From Alphaproteobacteria bacterium (GTDB lineage: Bacteria > Pseudomonadota > Alphaproteobacteria > UBA828): DNA of 64,000 nt. A program made the translations under genes and the position numbers. Below are positions 58,378 to 64,000 of the stretch, piece after piece (the first letter of the stretch is position 1; every line of letters starts with the position of its first letter). Under the pieces are notes generated by a model. That model worked only from the letters and a program-made list of their open reading frames with translations, made no database searches and had not been told where the DNA came from. The DNA lies in assembly GCA_963422645.2 (NCBI GenBank), contig CAXXVO010000002.1, forward strand, positions 1-64,000. Direction: 5' to 3'.

Positions 58378-59003
58378 TGTCAATCGGCTTTCAATACTGA
58401 CCCCCGATCGGCGTGCAAAATTGACCCCCCTGAGTGGCACGGCGGAGGTTGTCCCGGTAGCCAATAGGGGGGACCCGCGCGGCTTCGTGTGGCGCCCTGC
58501 GCTACGCGGAGCGAAGCCGCGTGGGGGGTCCCTGTTGGCCCACCGGGGCAACCGGGCCGCAAGGGAGGCCGGCGGCGGGTCAGGAGCGGTTCTTGAAGCG
58601 CCAGCTCTCGTTGCCGGTCTCGATGATCTCGCAATGATGGGTGAGGCGATCGAGCAGCGCTGTGGTCATCTTGGGGTCGCCGAAGACGGATGGCCATTCG
58701 CCGAAGGCGAGGTTTGTGGTGATGACGATCGAGGTGCGCTCGTAGAGCCGGCTCATCAGATGGAAGAGCAGCTGCCCACCGGCCTGGGCGAAGGGCAGGT
58801 AGCCGAGCTCGTCGAGGATGACGAAGTCGCGGCGGACGAGCTGGTCTGCAGTGCGGCCCTGGCGTCCGGCGCGAAGCTCGGCCTCGAGGAGGTTGACCAG
58901 GTCGACGACGTTGTAGCACCGGCCGCGCGCGCCCTTGCGGATGCAGGACCGCGCGATGGCGACGGCGAGATGGGTCTTGCCGGTACCGGTGCCGCCGACC
59001 AGT
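58378..59003 (-). mobile_element. istB: IS21-family right end and istB 3' fragment
   Basis: TGTCAATCGG...TTGACCCC end; [15 protein letters not shown], '[10 protein letters not shown]', 'LDRLTHH'. Confidence 0.88.
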
Positions 59004-59143
59004 GAGCGTGCGCCCAGCATTTGATGGTGCGGTTTTCGGATTATTTGATGTTCGTGATGCGGCGCTTGGTTGATCTGCGAGAGCGGTGAGTGGCCTGGCT
59101 TTCATCGAGACCGCAGGAGCATCTCGTTCCAGTCCTTGGCGTG

Positions 59144-59971
59144 TCATGGGCGCAACCTTTTCACCCTTGGATCGTTGAGCACGAGATGCTCGGCGGCAGT
59201 GTCGCCGGCGCTGTCTGCGTCGTAGGCACAGACGATGCGACGTGGCTTCCACTCCTTGATCCAGGGCGGGACCGAGCTGGCGATGCCGGCGGTTGAGGCG
59301 ACGACGGCGCCGTTCTCGCGCGTCCCCTCGACGCGCAGGCTTCGTGCAGAGATGGCGTCGACGGCGCTCTCGGTGAGGATGACGAGGGCGGGCTGGTTTC
59401 GGTCGCAGTGGAGCCAGAAGCCGCCACGCGCCTTGCGCGATCCCGGGGCCATGCCCCTGAAGCGTTTTGTTCCGGGCTGCGGCGCGGTGCCGAGGATCTC
59501 GGCGCCGGTCGTGTGCCCGCTGGCGTTTCGGCAGATGAAGACGGCGTTGATCCTGTCATCGGCGTAGAGGAGGCCTCGGCCGTGGCAGGCTTCGAGCACG
59601 TCGGTGCCGATAGCGCGTTGGCGGATGAGGGCGTCCCGGACCCTGGGCCAGGCGCGGGGACTGGGCCTTGGCAGCCGCAGGCGTCGCGGGGCGGCTGGGA
59701 TGGTGGTGATCTCCCTCCGCCCCTCATGGCTTCCGAGGAAGCGGAGGGCTTCCGGGAAGCGGCATCCCGTCGCATGGATGACGAGGTCGATGGCGCCACC
59801 CCCTCCCGTGCCGCGCAGGTGATCGAAGAACTTCTCGCCGTTGATGCTGATGACCGAGCCCCCGCGCTTGAAGCGCGCCCGGTCGGTCGGGTCTCTGCGG
59901 TAGCCGAGGGCGGCGGCGACCCGGTCGAGGGGGATGTTGCGGCAGGTGGCCAGGGGATCGCCGCCGCTCAT
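59144..59971 (-). CDS. DUF3991/toprim primase-like protein
   Basis: 'GGGAIDLV', 'LTESAVDAIS', 'CAYDADSAGD'. Confidence 0.75.
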   Translation of the reverse strand: MSGGDPLATCRNIPLDRVAAALGYRRDPTDRARFKRGGSVISINGEKFFDHLRGTGGGGAIDLVIHATGCRFPEALRFLGSHEGRREITTIPAAPRRLRLPRPSPRAWPRVRDALIRQRAIGTDVLEACHGRGLLYADDRINAVFICRNASGHTTGAEILGTAPQPGTKRFRGMAPGSRKARGGFWLHCDRNQPALVILTESAVDAISARSLRVEGTRENGAVVASTAGIASSVPPWIKEWKPRRIVCAYDADSAGDTAAEHLVLNDPRVKRLRP

Positions 59972-60073
59972 TGCCGGGTCCCGGCGAAGGTCTGCTTGGA
60001 AGGGAGGCTGACGGCGTTCCCGTTCCTGTACCCTTCAACGCTTAAGAGTTCCGGGAACGGGAACGGGAACGCC

Positions 60074-61418
<1,345 letters not shown>

Positions 61419-61835
61419 GGGTGCGTTTTGGATTACGGTAAAGTGCTGTTGAGACGAAGCCAGTGCAAAGCTTATCTCATCGTCGTAATTCGTAGTCAAA
61501 TAGCAAGCAAACGGCCATCGCGCGATTAATTCATAGAGCATTCCCTTCTTTTTCTTTGAGGGGATCAACAATGGTTGAATTAGGTCAATGAGAGCTTGAC
61601 GATTTCCTCCCAAATCACGTTCAATTTGTCGAAAGAGTTCAGCGTACTTGCTGTTATCAAGATACTTTCGGTACGAATTGTCATCAATAGGGACGCCGGA
61701 ATGCGATAGTTGTTGATAGCTCTGTTCTGCGAGCCGATGCCAGGAAGGGTAACCAATTTCGCAAGACAGGCCGGATCCGACGAGGACGAGGCAACGGCCA
61801 GTGTTGATTTTGCGTATGAGATTTTTATCAAGCAT
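61419..61835 (-). pseudogene. SIR2-like domain protein, N-terminus only, truncated by IS3
   Basis: 'VLVGSGLS...YPSW', 'YLTTNYD'; visibly AT-richer DNA. Confidence 0.75.
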
Positions 61836-62109
61836 GAGTTGGCTCGGGACTGAGCTAGAGGCAGATCGGTTTAGTCAGATTGAAGAGAGGATCACAATGG
61901 CCGTGACAATGTGGGTGGTTTGCATTGAGAATGATGATTGGTCTTGTGCGGGAATGAGGCTCGCGATCATCGTGCTGGACATACAGTCGGTTTCACGGCG
62001 GAGGTGGTCGTGGCTCTGTCAGACTTTGGCAGAAGTCTTTCGTGACAGCAACAAGGAATCAATTCGTCGGATTGTTGATGCAGTGCGACGGCTTCCCGAT
62101 CCGGGGGGA

Positions 62110-63965
62110 TGACGATGCGTTCGGCATAGACCCGCACGTCGACGGGTCTCGCCGAGCGCGGCGGTACAAGAAGCCCGCGTCCAGCGCGTTCGACAGGAGC
62201 CGCCAGGCCAGCACATAGCGGCTCGCCCAGTCCATGATCGTCACTAGCCCGACTTATTCGTGGGACGCCGCGTTTATCGGTTAAGTTCGAGCGCGCAGGG
62301 GTTGGCGTTCGGCGCCATTTCGGTGCCGGGATCTGAAGTTTTCGGTGTCGGGGTTGGGGGTTGAAGGGTCTCGGGTTCGCGGGGCACGGCGCCCCGGCGA
62401 TCAGGGGCCCGAGGCGGCGAGGCGCCCGGCCAGCAGGCGGAACAGGGCGGCGTCGGGACAGGCCGAAGCGAAGTGGATGCGGATGCGGGCGGCCCTCTCG
62501 ACGACGCGGGCGCCGATCTTGAGCAGGCTTTTCCTGAGGGTCGCGAACTCGGCCCAGGCGAGCGGCATCCTGCGGGGCACGGCATCGCGCAGGGCGAGCA
62601 TCAGCCAGTAGGCCGCGGTGTGCAGGACCAGCCTGAACTGGTTGGCGAGCGGGCTCTGGCAGGAGGTCCGGTCCGAGGCGAGCTGGCCCTTGTGCAGCTT
62701 GATGAGGTTTTCCGCCTGTCCGCGGGCGCAGTAAATATCTTCATAGAGATGGCGGGCGTCACCGCCGAGCGAGGTGACGATGTAGCGGGCGTCGAAGCCG
62801 CGCGCGGTGGCCTCCAGCCGGGCGACGACCCGGCGTTCGCGGTTCCACGAACCGGCGGCGTAGTCGAAGGCGGCGAAGCTCCGCATCTTTTCGGCGCCGG
62901 CCTCGGCGCGGCGCACCTTGAGGTCGTCGGCGACGCCGTATGCGAAGCGGTGCAGCACGGGATTGCCCGCCAGGCCGAAGATGTAGTCGACGCCGTTCTC
63001 CTCGCACCACGCCATGGCCTCGGTCCGGCCGTAGTGGCTGTCCCCCCGGAATGTGAGCCGGGTGCGCGGCCAGTGCCGGCGGATGCGCCGCACCAGGTGC
63101 TTGAGGAGGATGCGGACCTCGGCGCCCGACGGCGTCTTGCCGGGGCGCAGGAGAACCGCCACCGGCTTGCCGCTCTCGACATGGTAGACGTGCACCGGCA
63201 GGAAGCACCGCGTGTCGTAAAAGGCGTTGAACAGCGACAGCTGTTGATGGCCGTGCACCGCGTCGCAGGTGTCGTCGATGTCGAGCGTGATCGCCGCGGG
63301 CGGGCTCGGGAAGGAGCGGCAGAAGATATCGACCAGGGCAGCCGTCATGCGCGCCACCTCGCTGCGCGAGGGCGCGTTCTCCAGCCGACTCATGGTGGGT
63401 TGGGAACAGAGATCGCGGCCGCTCTCCGGCGCCCGGCCCACGGCCAGTTTGAAGAGGGGATCGCCGCGCAGGGCGTCGCAGTCGTCGGCATCCTCATATC
63501 CGCAGGCGATCGCGAACATGCGGAAGCGAAGCATCGCCGGCAGCGTGTGGACCACCCGCTCCGGGTCGCGCCACTCCCGGATGCAGCCCGCCAGCGCCTC
63601 GGCCAGGCCGAGCCGGCGCTCCGCCGCGCGCAGCAGCACCAGCCCGCCGTCCGACGAGATCGACCCGCCCGCGAAATCGGCGGTTACCTTCTTGCGTTGT
63701 ACGGCTGGAAGATCGAACGGGAGAAGAGTATCTTCGGTCATGGCGGCGTGGCGCTTTCGTGGCTTCGGCAGAAATGCGCTGGGAAACGAATTTCTACCCG
63801 ATGCCAACGACTTACGCCACGTTCGCCATCACATCCTCTCGCCGTGACGCATAATGCGGGCTAGGTAGAGGAAGCCGCGGCAAACCGGGATGTAGGTGAT
63901 GTCGCTGCGCCAGACATGGTTCGGTCGCTCGATGTCCAGGCCTCGCAGCAGATACGGGTAAACCG
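62110..63965 (-). mobile_element. IS3-family orfB remnant split by IS1380
   Basis: Rejoins as 'YPYLLRGL...VWRSDITYIP..RGFLYL|VTIMDWASRYVLAW'. Confidence 0.75.
62248..63860 (-). mobile_element. IS1380-family element (tnp 62401-63741)
   Basis: CCCG...CGGG ends, CTAG duplicated; 'SSDGG', 'LDIDDT', 'RGDS', 'RGQAENLIK'. Confidence 0.92.
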
Positions 63966-64000
63966 TATCACCTTCAATGGATGATCGCGGCAAGCCGCTC

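Overview
GC-rich genomic island, probably alphaproteobacterial (inference from gene families), heavily scarred by IS elements (IS66, IS3, IS21, IS1595, IS1634, IS1380, ISAs1, IS1182) and carrying several single-base frameshifts that may be decay or assembly errors. From left to right: (1) an RM/defence cluster at 1-8 kb (Mod-like MTase, ParB-like + nuclease-like + N4/N6 MTase trio, RelE-UvrD helicase, DUF3883 nuclease); (2) three complete and one partial tyrosine integrases around two IS66-type elements, one of which carries a Dam-like methylase; (3) collapsed ICE/plasmid backbone fragments, a PAPS-reductase-family gene, an outer-membrane beta-barrel and a SWIM-SNF2 helicase; (4) an S8 protease lipoprotein preceded by a possible invertible segment; (5) the main feature, a ~9.4-kb minus-strand locus (41237-50620) with two tandem ubiquitin-like conjugation modules and no visible cyclase or beta-grasp Ubl: [64-aa acidic LGG peptide, E2, Phd-E2 fusion, E1, JAB, MBL] followed by [MBL, E2/E1-JAB-patatin]; (6) an AbiE-like pair with palindromic operators, then truncated caspase, type ISP RM and SIR2 genes among nested IS. 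All family calls come from motif recognition by eye; no searches were run.
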